A DNA stretch of 64,000 bases from Paraspadella gotoi. Lineage: Eukaryota > Animalia > Chaetognatha. The notes below the pieces were generated by a model. That model did not search any database. It had not been told where the DNA came from and saw nothing but the letters and a program-made list of their open reading frames with translations. The first letter of the stretch is position 1; each line of letters starts with the position of its first letter. The position numbers were made by a program, and so were the translations under genes. The DNA is taken from contig CM119271.1 of NCBI GenBank assembly GCA_051294375.1, positions 8,113,788-8,177,787 on the forward strand, written 5' to 3'. Below are positions 51,907 through 64,000 of this stretch, one piece after another.

Positions 51907-54900
51907 CTCTCTCTCCTCTCTTCTCTCTCGTCTCTTTCTCTCCATCTCTGCTCTCTCTCCCGGTCCCCCCGCCCCTGCCGCCGCGCCCCGCCCGCTGGCC
52001 CGCCCCCTTCCGGTTCTGCCCCGCCGCCCGCCCGGCGTCGGGTTTGGGCCCCCCCCCCGGGCGCCCCCCCGCTCCCGCCCGCCCACCCTCCCCCCGGCTG
52101 CTGGCCGCGCCCCCTGCCGCCGCCCCTGCCCGCCCCCTTCGCGCGCGTTTTGGTTTTCCGGCTTCCGCTCCTTCCCGTTCCCGTTTGCGCTTTCCCGTGC
52201 GCCCCCCCGTCCCTCCTTCCCTCTTGCCTTTCTTTTCTCTTTCCTCCCCGCGCGTTCTGCTTACTGCCCCTTCCGGCCCCGCTTGTTTCCTTGTTCTTCC
52301 TCGCGTATCCCCCTCTTCTCCCTCCTTTCCCCCCCCGTCGCCGCTTTCTGCCTTGCTCCCCCGCCCTCGCCCCTTCCCGCTTCCCTTCTCCCCGCTCTCT
52401 TTGCTCCCGCCTCTTCCCGCTCTCCCTCGCCGGCCCCTGCCCCTCATCCGCGTCCCTCTCTCGTCTCTTTCGTCGCGCCGCGCGTCCTCGTGCGCCCCTC
52501 TCTCCGTCTTTTTCGGTCGGTCTGTCCGGTGGTCTGTCGTTGTCGGCCTCTGTCCCTCGGTCTGTCTCCCTCGCGTTCCCCCTCTCCTTGTCCGCCGCCC
52601 CCCCCCCCCGCCCCTTTCCGCCTCCCCGGCTCCGCCGTTCTGTCTCGTGTCGTCCTGTCCCGTCCTCCCCTGCTCCTCTCCGGTCTGTCGTGTCCCGCCT
52701 TCCCGTCTCTCCGGCGCCCCGCCCGCCCCGCCCGTCCCCGCCCCGTTTCTCCTCCTACCGCGCTTTTCGCTATTCTCATTCCTTTCCTCCCGCTTTTTCC
52801 TCCCTCTCTCCCTTCTCTTTCCTCGCCTTCGCCCCCGCCCCCTTCTGTCGCCCGTCGCTCGCGTTGGTGCGCCCGCGTTTCTTGTTGCTTCGCGCCGTCG
52901 CCCCGGCCCCGCCTTCGGGCCGCGCTTGTGCTATCGTCGTCGTCGTTAGCGTCCTCCGCGGCTGCCGGTGTGCCTTGCCCCCTTCCGTTCGCCGTGGCCG
53001 TCGTTCCCGTGGTCGTCGTCGGTCCGTCGCTCGTGTCGTCCTCGTGTCTTGCTCCTCCCGGCCCGCCGCCCGCCGCCGCCGCCGCCGCCGCCGCCCGCCT
53101 CTCCCGCCGCCCCCCTGGCCCTCCGTTCCTCTTGTTTCGCGCCCGCCTTGCCTTTCTTTTCGTCGTCTGGTTTGTTGTTCCCTTTTGTCTATGGTTTCGT
53201 TTGTTGTCTGGGGCCGCGCGTCCGCGCCCCGCCCGCTCCGCGCCCCGTTTCTCTCGTTGCTTCTTCCCTGTTTGTCTCCTCGCTATATCTCCATCTTTTT
53301 CCCCGCCTTCCGGGCGGCGCCCCTCGCTCCGCGCTGCCCCGCCGCGCGTTTCTGGTCGTAACGTCGTCGTCGTTGTTGTTGTTGTTGTATAGCCGGTTCG
53401 GTTCCTCTCCCCTCCGTCTTGTCTTTCTTCTGCGTTCCCCGCGCCGCGCGCGCGCGCGCGCGCGCGCGCGCGCGCGCGCGCGCGCGCGCAGCGCGCCCCG
53501 CCGCGCGCGCGCGCGCGCGCGCCTCTGCGCCGCGCGCGCGCGCGCGCGCGCGCGCGCTCTCTCTCTCTCTCTCTCTCTCCTCGCGCGCGCGCGCGCGCGC
53601 TCGCGCGCGCGCGAGCGCGCGCGCGCGTCGCGCGCCGCCGCGCGCCGACGGCGAGCAGCGCAGCGCGCCTTCCCTTGGCCCGCCTCTCGTTTCCCCCTCG
53701 TCCTCCCGTCCTCCTTACCTCCCGCTCGCTCCGGCCTTCTGTCCCCCACCGGCTTCGCCTTCCTTTTTTGGGGGCGGGGGGGGCGGCGGGGCGCCGCCTC
53801 TTCTTTCGCGTCCGCGTTGCCCCGCCAGTTCTGTTGTCAGTGGTCCGCCGCCGGTGCGGGCGTCTCCGGCGGCGCTGCTGCGGCGGCGGTGCCGGTTCCC
53901 ACGCGCCTGCGCGGCTCCGAGCGGCGCGCGGCGGCGGGCCGTCCCTCCCCCGTGTTGCGGTTCGGGTGCTGCGGCGGTTGTGGCGCGGTCGCGCCCGCGC
54001 GCGGCGCGGGTATCCCTCGCGTGGCGTTTGGTTTTTGCCCGGTCGCTGGTCGGTCGCCCCCCCTGGCCCGTTCCTCCGGGCCGGGTTGCTCCATTCTCTC
54101 TGCCCCCTCGGTGCATGGATTGCGGCCGGTCCGCGTCCTTTTGCTCGTTGCCGCCGGCGGCCCGGCGTCGGGCGGTCTCCGCCGCCACGCTGCGACCCTT
54201 GCGTCGCCGCCCCTGTCCCGCTCGGGCGCCGCCGCTCCGGCCCCCCCCTCCCGCGGCCGCGGGCCGCTCTCGTCCCCGGTGGGCTTGTCGCCCGTGGCCC
54301 CCTGTCCTCCCGGCGCCCCTGCCTGTCCCCCTGCGTCCTCTCCGCTCCCCGTCTCCCTCCCTTCGCCCCCGCTGTGCCTTTCTTCTTTGCCTTCCCTTTC
54401 TCTTTTCGCGCCCGCTGTCGCGCTGTGCTGCTTCACGCCGCCCAGTTTTCCCGCGCCCTTCTCCCCCGTTTCCCGCTCTCTGCACTTCCGCTCTTCCACC
54501 TCCTTTTCCCCTCCCCTTCGCTTCCTCCCTCCTTCTCCTTTTCCTCCATTTTCCCTCCCCTCTTACGCGTCCTCCGCCTCTTCAGCTCTCCGTCCCCTGG
54601 TTCTCTCCCACTTCTTTATCTTCCTGTTACTGATCTTATGCCTCCCCGCCGCCCCCTTTTTCCTGTTCCTTTGTTTCTCCCCGCGCCTCGCTTCCATCGC
54701 TCCTTTCCCTACCCCGCTGTTCTTGGCTTATTTGTGCCCCCCTTCTCTTATCCTCTCCACGTCCCCGCCTTTTTTTTCCCCCTTCCTTGCCCCTCGCTCT
54801 TTCCTCCCCTTCCCCATCCCTCCTTTTCCTTTTTTTTTCCTCTTCCCTTTCCTTCCGTCCCCTTGTTCGGCCCCGTGCCCCGTTGTCCGCGCACTTCCCC

Positions 54901-56590
54901 CGCTCTTCTCCCGCCCCCGGCTTCCGGTTCTGTCTCCCCTCACCTTTTGCCCTTTCGGCCCTCCTTCCCCTGGCTCCGGGCTCCCTTGCATCCGCACCAG
55001 GCGGTTCCCCCCGGCGAGGCCCCTATCCCTTGCCCTCCAGTGGCTGGCCCTTGCGCTTTCCCCCCCTGTGGGCCCCGGCGCGTCCTTGTGCTCGTGGGGG
55101 TCTGGCGTTCGCGCTCCCCCTCCTCCCCGGCTGTGGTCCTCTCTCGCCGGCCGTCTGGGCCCTATTCCTGGCCCCCGTTCCGCTTTTTCACCTTTCGCTC
55201 CCGCTTTGGCCCGGATCTTCGCTTCGTCCCTCTCCCCCACCCCCCCCGCGTCCACTCCTCTCCTCGCCCCCTTTCCTCCCCCTCTCTCTCCGTTTCTCAT
55301 TGCTCTGCTCTCCTCTGTCTGCCCCTCTGTACCTCTTCTTTCGCCCTTTCTCCTTTTTCGCCGCCCCACTCATTTCCCCGGCCCCCCGTCGCGCCTCTTA
55401 TTCCCGCTTCCCGCCGCACTTACCGGTCCCTCTGGGGCGTTGCCCGCCGTTTGCGGTCCGCGTTCCGTTGGCGTGCCTTCCCGGCGGGCGCTCCTGCCCC
55501 AGCCTGGGCTCGGCGGCCGCGGCGGTTCCTGCCCGGGCTGGGCTCGTCCCGTCTATCTCCTCTCCGCCGCCGCCCTCCCACGCCTCTCCTTCCTTCTCCT
55601 CCTTTTTTCCCCCCCTTCTTTTCTGTCATCCCTTTTCTGTGCGTCTCACCCCCGGCCGGCGTCGCAGTCGCGCTCTCCCCGACGTTGCCAGCGCCGCTGT
55701 CCGTGTCGTCGTCCGTCACGCTTCGCCTCCCTCCGCCCCTCCCCTCATATGTCCTCTGGCCCTTTTTTTTTTTGTCGTGTTTTCCCCTCCCGGCCCCGTT
55801 TCTGTCTCCATCTCGGCCCCTCGGCCCTGCCGCGCGCCTTTCCTTGCCGTTGGCCGCTTTCCGAGCCCGCCGGCCCTCTGCTCGTGGCCCTTTTGCTTCG
55901 GCCGCGTTGTTCACTGCGCGCTGTTGGCTTTTTTCGGGGCCCGCCCGGCCTGCGCTGCGGGGCGCGCGCACTGCCCTGATTGCGTCCCCCCGGCCGCCCC
56001 TGCTTTCGCCCCCCCCTACACTGCACCCTTTCCTCGCACCGGTCGCGGCGCTGTCGTTTGCCCGCGCCCCCATTTCCAGCGCGCTCCCGCGGCGGCGGAG
56101 CGGCGGCCGGCCGCGGCGGTGCGAGGCGGCGGCGGTGCCTGACGCGCGCCTCGCGGCCTGGTCGGTGCTGGGGCTCGCGTCCTTCGGTCTTATGCTCCCC
56201 GTCGCCCGTAGTCCTGGCCCCCCGCGCGTGGCGCCCGCCGGCCCCCCGGCGTTTGGCGGCCCTACGTCGGCGGCCCGTCCCCACCGGCGGCGCGCCCCCG
56301 CCCCGATGCCGTCAGCGTCGCCACGGCCGCCCGCTCGCCCACCCTGACCCCCCTGTTCCCCCCCGGCGTGCGCCCGAGCGCGCGCGCGCTCCGCGCGCGC
56401 GCGAGCGCGCGAGCGCGAGCGCGCGCGCGCGCGCGAGCGCCGCGCCCGAGCGAGATCGCGCGCGCGCGCGAAGCGCGCGCGCGCAGCGTCGCCGCGCCGC
56501 GCGAGAGCCGCGCGCCGCTGCTCCCGGGTCGCGCGCGACTACCTACTTTCCCAGCCACTTGTGCCACGTCAACAGCCCTGACCTGGCCAT
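50349..56590 (+). other. A-to-C converted duplicate of 44430-50323 and of the sequence that follows it (probable sequencing artefact)
   Basis: Almost no A for 6 kb; colinear with the upstream segment. Example: ccgatggcgcttgtctttggcgccaaacgatggcacc (45021) becomes ccgctggcgcttgtctttggcgccccccgctggcccc (50917). Contains a ghost U1 at about 54960-55121. Confidence 0.93.
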
Positions 56591-57122
56591 GTGTCGAAGA
56601 TAAATTAACTATTTGCTATTTTAAAATACAGCGGCGTGGGAATCAACACTTCCCTGCCCCACTGTCTGTAGTACGATTGCCCATCGAAAGAGTTTAGACT
56701 CACACAACTCCAATCTCTCTTCTCTCTCTCTCTCGTCTCCTCATCTCTCTCTCTCTCTCTCATCTCTCTTCTACCCACTCTCTCTCTCTCCTTCTCTCTC
56801 TCTCATCTCGCATCTCTCTCTCCTCTCTCGGCAATTCTTTGACCGTCGTTTTCCTTTAAAAGAAAAACCCATTCCAACTTCGAAGAAAACGGCGACTTAA
56901 TCGCCTCTTAAAACCTGGTGGGCGAAGGACTAAAACGACAACAATAACAACATCAACAACAACAACGACGCAGCATTCACAAACCAGTTTCCGGTTTTTT
57001 CCCTTTTGTTTTGGTTTCAAAGGGTGAAACTCAATTTTTCGCTCATGCCTCAATCGCTATTCTCTCTTTCTTTTTCTTATCTTCTCTTATTCGACCTTTG
57101 TCTGTCTTCTCTCTCTCTCATC

Positions 57123-57180
<58 letters not shown>

Positions 57181-57715
57181 ACTCTCAGTTTTCCTCTGGT
57201 TCTTCCTCATCTCTTCGTCTTTTTTTCCTTGCTTCATTTTTCCCTCTAATCATTTTTCCGACGGTCAAAGATAGAGAAATTATGTTTTTTTTTTTTTTTT
57301 TTTTTGTTTTTTTTTGGTTTCGTCTGTTTCCATCCTCACCTCATCTCCACACAATTCAATTTCTCTTCTCTTTTTATGCCAATCTAATATATTTTATAAT
57401 TTAGCTAATCTGCTTGCAACATTCGACAGGCTTTTCTTTTTAATTTCTCTATCCATATAATTAACTTTTCTTTCTCTCTTTCTTCTTCTCTATTTTTCTA
57501 CTCTTTTTCTCCCCTCCAATTCTATATATTTACCTTTCTTTTCTCTTTTTTTTTCTTCTCTATTCTTTTATCTCTTCTCTTTCGACTTATCTTTTCTCTC
57601 GCTTGTCATTGTTTCCATTTTTTCACCTCTCCAATCTCACCGAGTCTCGACCGAAGATAATTCTTTCAATCTTGTCTTTTCTCGCTTCGCCTCTTTTCTC
57701 TTTCTTTCTCTCTTC

Positions 57716-57759
<44 letters not shown>

Positions 57760-57779
57760 TCTTCTCTCTCTCTTTCTCG

Positions 57780-57811
<32 letters not shown>

Positions 57812-57866
57812 CTCTCTCTCTCTCTCTCCTCTTCTTCCGGTTGTCTGTTTTCTTCATTCTCTCTTT

Positions 57867-57932
<66 letters not shown>

Positions 57933-58559
57933 CTCATTGTCTCGTTCTCTATCCTTGTTTCAGCTTCTCTTTGCAACGTCACCTCCAAGACAGGGAACGA
58001 GCAAATGCACGACGACGACGACGACGACGACGGACGACGACGGACGTTGACAACGAAGTTGTCTTCCTTCAGATTTTTTTTCCCTTAATCTCTCTCTCTC
58101 TTCTCTTCTCTCTCTCTCTCTCTCTCTCTGCCTCTCTTCACCTCACTCACGCACATCGCCTCGAGCTCTCGTTACTACGAGAACTGATTAGATTTTACTT
58201 TTGGAGAAATCATCGCCAGTTCGCCCTCCCTTTTACCTCCCCCTCCCCCATTCCTCCCGGCCCCCCAACTCCATAATCTTCTTTTTTCCTTTAAATTTTG
58301 TCCGCCCAAAAACTCCTTGCATCATTCTCGTTCATTCCCGACTGCCCCAATTCTTCCTTTCCCCCTTGATAGTATTATAACATCTCTGCGCAAATCTGCT
58401 ACTAAATAATTCCACTTCTTCGTAATTTTAAGTTCGTATTTTAACACCAACTCATTCTTTGCCAAGACCTTTTTTCTCCTCCCCCAAATTTAAAATTCTT
58501 ACCTCACAATCATCTTTATTCCCCAAATCCATTTATTTTTTCATCTGAATCATCTTCCC

Positions 58560-58950
58560 CACATCTAAATCCTAATTTCCCTCCAACAAATCCAAATCCC
58601 ATCTCTCCAAATCATCTTCCCTTCCCCCAAATCCATTTTTCAATCTATAAAAATCTTCTTCCCTCCCTCCAAATCCCCTCCCACTAAATCCTCATCCCTT
58701 CCCACATCTTCTTACCCTCCTTCCAATTCCCCTTCTCCTATCCCTAAATCTAATTCCCTCCCACCAAATCCGCATCCCCTCCCTCCAAATCCGAATTCCC
58801 TCCCACCAAATCCTCATCCCCTCCCTCCAAATCCTAATTCCCTCCCATCAAATCCTAATCCCTCCAAATCCGAACTCCCTCCCATTAAATCCCCCTCCCT
58901 TCCCACATCCTCTAACCAAATCCTCTTCCTTCTCCCTAAATCCTTCTTCC
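58560..58950. repeat. Degenerate C-rich minisatellite (aaatcctaattccctcccacc-like, about 21 bp); copy at 63200-63590
   Basis: Recurrent caaatcc/taaatcc anchors separated by C-rich spacers. Confidence 0.75.
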
Positions 58951-59105
58951 CATCCTCCCTACCCGACTCCCATCTCTACCCCCACTTTTCCGACACCGAC
59001 CAACCCTCAATTTCCTCCCCCACCCCCTGCACCCCCAGGGGGCGTTCCTAGTAAACAAAAAGAGCGAATCTCTAAGAATTCGCTTGACTTCGAAAATTGG
59101 TTGTG

Positions 59106-59148
<43 letters not shown>

Positions 59149-60358
59149 GATAGGGTAAGGATGGGTTTAAAAACTAATTCAGGTAAGTGTGGTTAGGGGA
59201 ATTTAGTAAAAATGTTCCATTAGGAAATATGGGGCGTTGCAGAAATGTATATTAAGTTAAGGATTGAGTCGAACTGAATGATACTGAAGACGAGGTTGTG
59301 GTAGTTATTATATTTAATACATATTGGAGTGTCCTTAAAGATAATCCTATGACAAAATACACATCAATATTGGGTGGAACCTCGCTGAATTGTAGATTTC
59401 AGAGTTCGAGACAACGGGACTGTGATAATGAAGATTCTTTAAAGTTTTGAACGTACATCTTGAAAAAAAAAAAGAAATAAGAAACGAAATGTAAACGACG
59501 AAGTAGAAAACTGAGTTGATAACAACGACAACGAAAACTGAGGTTTACGACGATAATGACAACGACGAAGCCGAAGACGACGAAGCTGACAAGGATGCCG
59601 ACAATGACGAAGAGGAAAAGAATGATGAAGATCGCCTGGACGTCTGGTCGTTCGCCTTCACATCTCCGCGGGAAAATTCGCTAAAAGAGAGATTATATAT
59701 TTTTTGGTTTCTCTCTCTAGCGATTTTGTACTCAAAAAATACTTAAGTAAAATCACTTTCTAGTAAGATAACGAAATACTTACTTGTTCTCTTTGTTCGA
59801 CCTTAAGTTTTTGTCATCTTTTCTTTTCTTCTTCTCTTAACTTAACCTTTTAATTCCTTTCTTTTCCTTTCTTCTTCCTGACCTCAATTCGACGTCTGCT
59901 TCGATTAATCGGGGAATTAACTTGCAAGCGAGTGTCAACAATGGAGAGCTTTGTTATGAATAACAGGACAAAGAGAGGAGAGAGGAAAGGGAAAAAAGAG
60001 GAAAGAAGAAAATAGAGAGGAAGAGAGAAATGAAAGAGAAACCTTACAAAAAAAGAAGGAAACCTTGGCCTTTAAAAAAGGGAAAAAAATAAACAAGGGA
60101 GAAAAGTAAAGAGACAAAAAGACAAAGAAAAAAGTAAAAGGATATCGAGAAAAGGAGAAGGAAAAGATAATAGAAAATAGAAAATAGACTATAAAGATGA
60201 AAATGAAATACAGGGGGGAAAAACTTAGATAACCCTGGAAACTTAAAAAACTTTTCGATACTAAAATCATCTCAGCGAAGAAAAGAAAAAAAATCCTTTT
60301 CTTCTGTTTACTTATCTTTGGTCGCGAAAGTTGCAGGCAAAAAGGTTTTACCGTCTCC

Positions 60359-60477
<119 letters not shown>

Positions 60478-60878
60478 GCTGTTCAAACACGAGTTTTCTT
60501 TTCCAGGAAAAACCCGCGCGCGGAACGAAGTCGCGAGGACCCTCGCTGGGTTAGACCGGCTTTCTGACCAACCTACTCAATACTCAATACTACTATATAT
60601 ATATATATTTTACCGTTGCCATCGTCTTTATTAAATTATCTTACAATTTAGACTAAATTAACTAAGTACAGTCTGAGCAGTGAGCACCCACTGTTTTTCG
60701 GCACGGTATCTTTCAAGGAATACTTTACTTCGTTAATGAGCTGTAGTCTTCCGGCACGCACCACCCTAGTACTTTTCAGACATGGCCTCCCTGCCCCTTT
60801 AACAAGCCCCCCTCGGCTCATCCTCCTGTCTGATCTATCCCCATTTCTGTTCGCGCGACCCCGGGTCACCCTGGAATT

Positions 60879-60920
<42 letters not shown>

Positions 60921-61058
60921 CAGCGGTGCGAACGGGCGCGAAAGCTAGAAAAAAAAACTGAAGCCAAATGTCAAAACCAAAGAGGCGGAGAGAGAGAGAG
61001 AGAGAGAGAGAAGAGGAGGAGAGGAAGAGAAGAGAGAGAGAGAGAGGAGGAGAGAGAT

Positions 61059-61104
<46 letters not shown>

Positions 61105-62343
61105 ATGATAAAGGGTAGAGAGAGAATACATACTTACGGAAAATTGTGATAAGTAAAAGAAATGACACTGAAATGGTTTTGTCGAAGATAAATTAACTAT
61201 ATTGCTATTTTATAAATACAGCGTCGTGAGGAAATCAACACTCCTTCCCGCTGGTCTAGTAGTACGGTTGCCTCTCGAAAAGAGTTTAAGACTACAATTC
61301 GTCTTCTCATCTCCTCTCTCTCTCTCTCTCTCTCTCCATCTCTCTTCTCGCTCTCCTCTCTCTCTCCCTCTCTCCGCTTCTCCTTCTCTCTCCTCTCTTC
61401 ATCCCTCTCTCTCTCTTCTCTCTCTCTTCTCTCCGGGCAATTCTTTGACGTCGTATTTCGATTTAAAAGACACGAACACCCATTCCAACTTTCGAAGAAA
61501 ACGCGGCGACTTAAATCGCCTTCTTAAAACCTGGTGGCCGAAGGACTAAAACGACAAACAATAACAACATCAACAACAACAACGACGCCAGCATTCACAA
61601 ACAGTGTTCCGTTTTTTCCCTTTTGTTTTCGGCTTTCAAAGGGTGAAACTCCAATTATTCGCTCTGCCTCATCGCTATTTCTTCTTTCTTTATTCTTATC
61701 TTCTCTTTTCGACCTTTGTGTGTCTTCTCTCTCTCTCAGTCCTCTCTCTCTCTCTCTCTTCTCTCTCTCTACTCTCTCTCTCTCTTCTCTCTCTTTCTTC
61801 ACTCTCAGTTTTCCTCGTTCTTCCATCACTTCGTCTTTTTTTCCATGCTTCATTTTTCCCTTCATAACTCATTTTTTCGACGTGCAAAGGATAGAGAAAG
61901 AAATTATGTTTTTTTTTTTTTTTTTTTTTTTTGTTTCTTTTTTTTGGTTTCGTCTGTTTCCCTCCTCACCTCATCTCCACACAATTCAATTTCTCTACTC
62001 TTTTTATGCCAATCTAAATATCTTTATAATTTAGGTAATCTGCTGCACACATTTGACACGGTTTTCTTTTAATTTCTTATCATATATTAACTTTTCTTTT
62101 CTCTTTTCTTCATCTCTATTTCTTCCTACTCTTCTTTTCTCCCCTCCAATCTATATGATTTACCTTTCTTTTCTCTTTTTTTTTCTTCTCTATCTTTTTA
62201 TCTCTTCTCTTCGACTTATCTTTTCTCTCGCTTGCATTGTTTCCATTTTTCACCTCTCCAACTCCCGAGTCTCTCGACCGAAGATAATTCTTTCAATCTG
62301 TTCTTTTCTCGCTTCGCCTCTTTCTCTTTCTTCTCTCTCTTCT

Positions 62344-62378
<35 letters not shown>

Positions 62379-62524
62379 GCTCTCTCTCTTCTCTCTCTCT
62401 CTCGTTGTCTCGCTACTCTCTCTCTCTCTCTCCCTCTCTCTCTCTCCTCTCTCTCTGCGTCTCTCGTCTCTTCTTTCCGGTTGTCTGTTTCCTTCATCTC
62501 TCTCTCGTCTCTCTTGCTCTCTCT

Positions 62525-62584
<60 letters not shown>

Positions 62585-62740
62585 CATTGTCTCGTTCTCT
62601 ATCCTTGTTTCAGCTTCTCTTTGCAACGTCACTCCAAGACAGGAACGAGCAAATGCACGACGACGACGACGAGACGACGACGACGACGACGTTGACAACG
62701 AATTGTCTTCCTTCAGATTTTTTTCCTTAAATCTCTCTCT

Positions 62741-62783
<43 letters not shown>

Positions 62784-63728
62784 TCACTCACGCACATCGC
62801 CTCGAGCACTCTGTTACTACGAGAACTGATTAGATTTTACCTTTGAGAGAAATCAATCGCCAGTTCGCCCTCCCTTTTACCTCCCCCCTCCCCCACTCCT
62901 CCCGGCCCCCCAACTCCATAATCTTCTTTTTTCCTTCAATTGCTTTGTCCGCCCAAAACTCCTTTGCATCATTCTCGTTCTTCCCGACTGCCCAATTCTT
63001 CCTTTCCCCTTGATAGTATTATAACATCTCTGCGCAAATCTGCTACTAATAATTCCACTTCTTCGTAATTTTAAGTTCGTATTTTTAACACCAACTCATT
63101 CTTTCCAAGACCTTTTTTTCTCCTCCTCAAATTTAAAATTCTTACCTCACAATCATCTTTATTCCCCAAATCCATTTATTTTTTCATCTGAATCATCTTC
63201 CCCACATCTAAATCCTAATTTTCCCTCCAACAAATCAAATCCCTTCTCTCCAAATCATCTTTCCTTCCCCAAATCCATTTTTCAATCTATAAAAATCTCT
63301 TCCCTCCCTCCAAATCCCTCCCACTAAATCCTCATCCCTTCCCACATCTTCTTACCTCCTTCCATTCCCCTTCTCCTATCCCTAAATCTAATTCCCTCCC
63401 ACCAAATCCGCATTCCCCTCCTCCAAATCCGAATTCCCCCACCAAATCCTCATCCCCTCCTCCAAATCCTAATTGCCTCCATCAAATCCTAATCCTCCAA
63501 ATCCGAACTCCCTCCCATTAAATCCCCCTCCCTTCCCACATCCTCTAACCAAATCCTCTTCCTTCTCCCTAAAATCCTTCTTCCCATCCTCCCAACCCAA
63601 CTCCCCATCTCTACCCCCACTTTTCCAACCCTCAATTTCCTCCCACCCCCTGCACCCCCAGGGGGCGTTCCTAGTAAACAAAAAGAGCGAATCTCTAAGA
63701 ATTCGCTTGACTTCGAAAATTGGTTGTG

Positions 63729-63765
<37 letters not shown>

Positions 63766-64000
63766 GATAGGGTAAGGATGGGTTTAAAAACTAATTCAGG
63801 TAAGTGTGGTTAGGGGATTTAGTAAAAATGTTCCATTAGGAATATGGGGCGTTGCAGAAATGTATATTAAGTTAAGGATTGAGTCGAACTGAATGATACT
63901 GAAGACGAGGTTGTGGTAGTTATTATATTTAATACATATTGGAGTTGTGGCGGTATATTCACACGCCTCACGTCCACCATCGTTAGCCAAATCCATTGGC

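Noticed and set aside
53445-53640. Long (CG)n runs suggesting Z-DNA or a CpG island
   Set aside because: They are (GA)n microsatellites after A-to-C conversion; the run at 56380-56510 maps to (GA)n at 60990-61100.
44430-56590. Diversity-generating retroelement template/variable pair
   Set aside because: Changes are A-to-C only across 6 kb of non-coding DNA, with no reverse transcriptase gene; DGRs give A-to-N in short coding regions.
50151-56697. Giant overlapping ORFs of 400-1000 aa on both strands
   Set aside because: All stop codons need both T and A. The plus strand lacks A and the minus strand lacks T, so frames stay open by default; the region is a converted copy of non-coding DNA.

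Overview
Low gene density, microsatellite-rich animal genomic DNA (protostome/arthropod-like by inference) from a gappy, partly unpolished long-read assembly. Supported content: a spliced GT31 beta-1,3-galactosyltransferase-like gene (+, exons about 6925-7219, 11264-11671, 11760-12046), a U1 snRNA gene (48960-49121), an orphan 2-kb 28S rRNA fragment, a CCA-bearing tRNA-Leu 3' half, two related Tc1-type non-autonomous elements, Helentron/DINE-1-like short elements, and several near-identical tandem duplications, mostly beside N gaps. Two things stand out. First, the GT31 intron is filled by about 27 tandem 140-bp copies of the gene's own exon end (motif RRDAIRRTWG) plus its splice donor. Second, 50349-56590 is a 6-kb copy of 44430-50323 in which nearly every A reads as C, most likely a base-calling artefact; it explains all the giant ORFs there.
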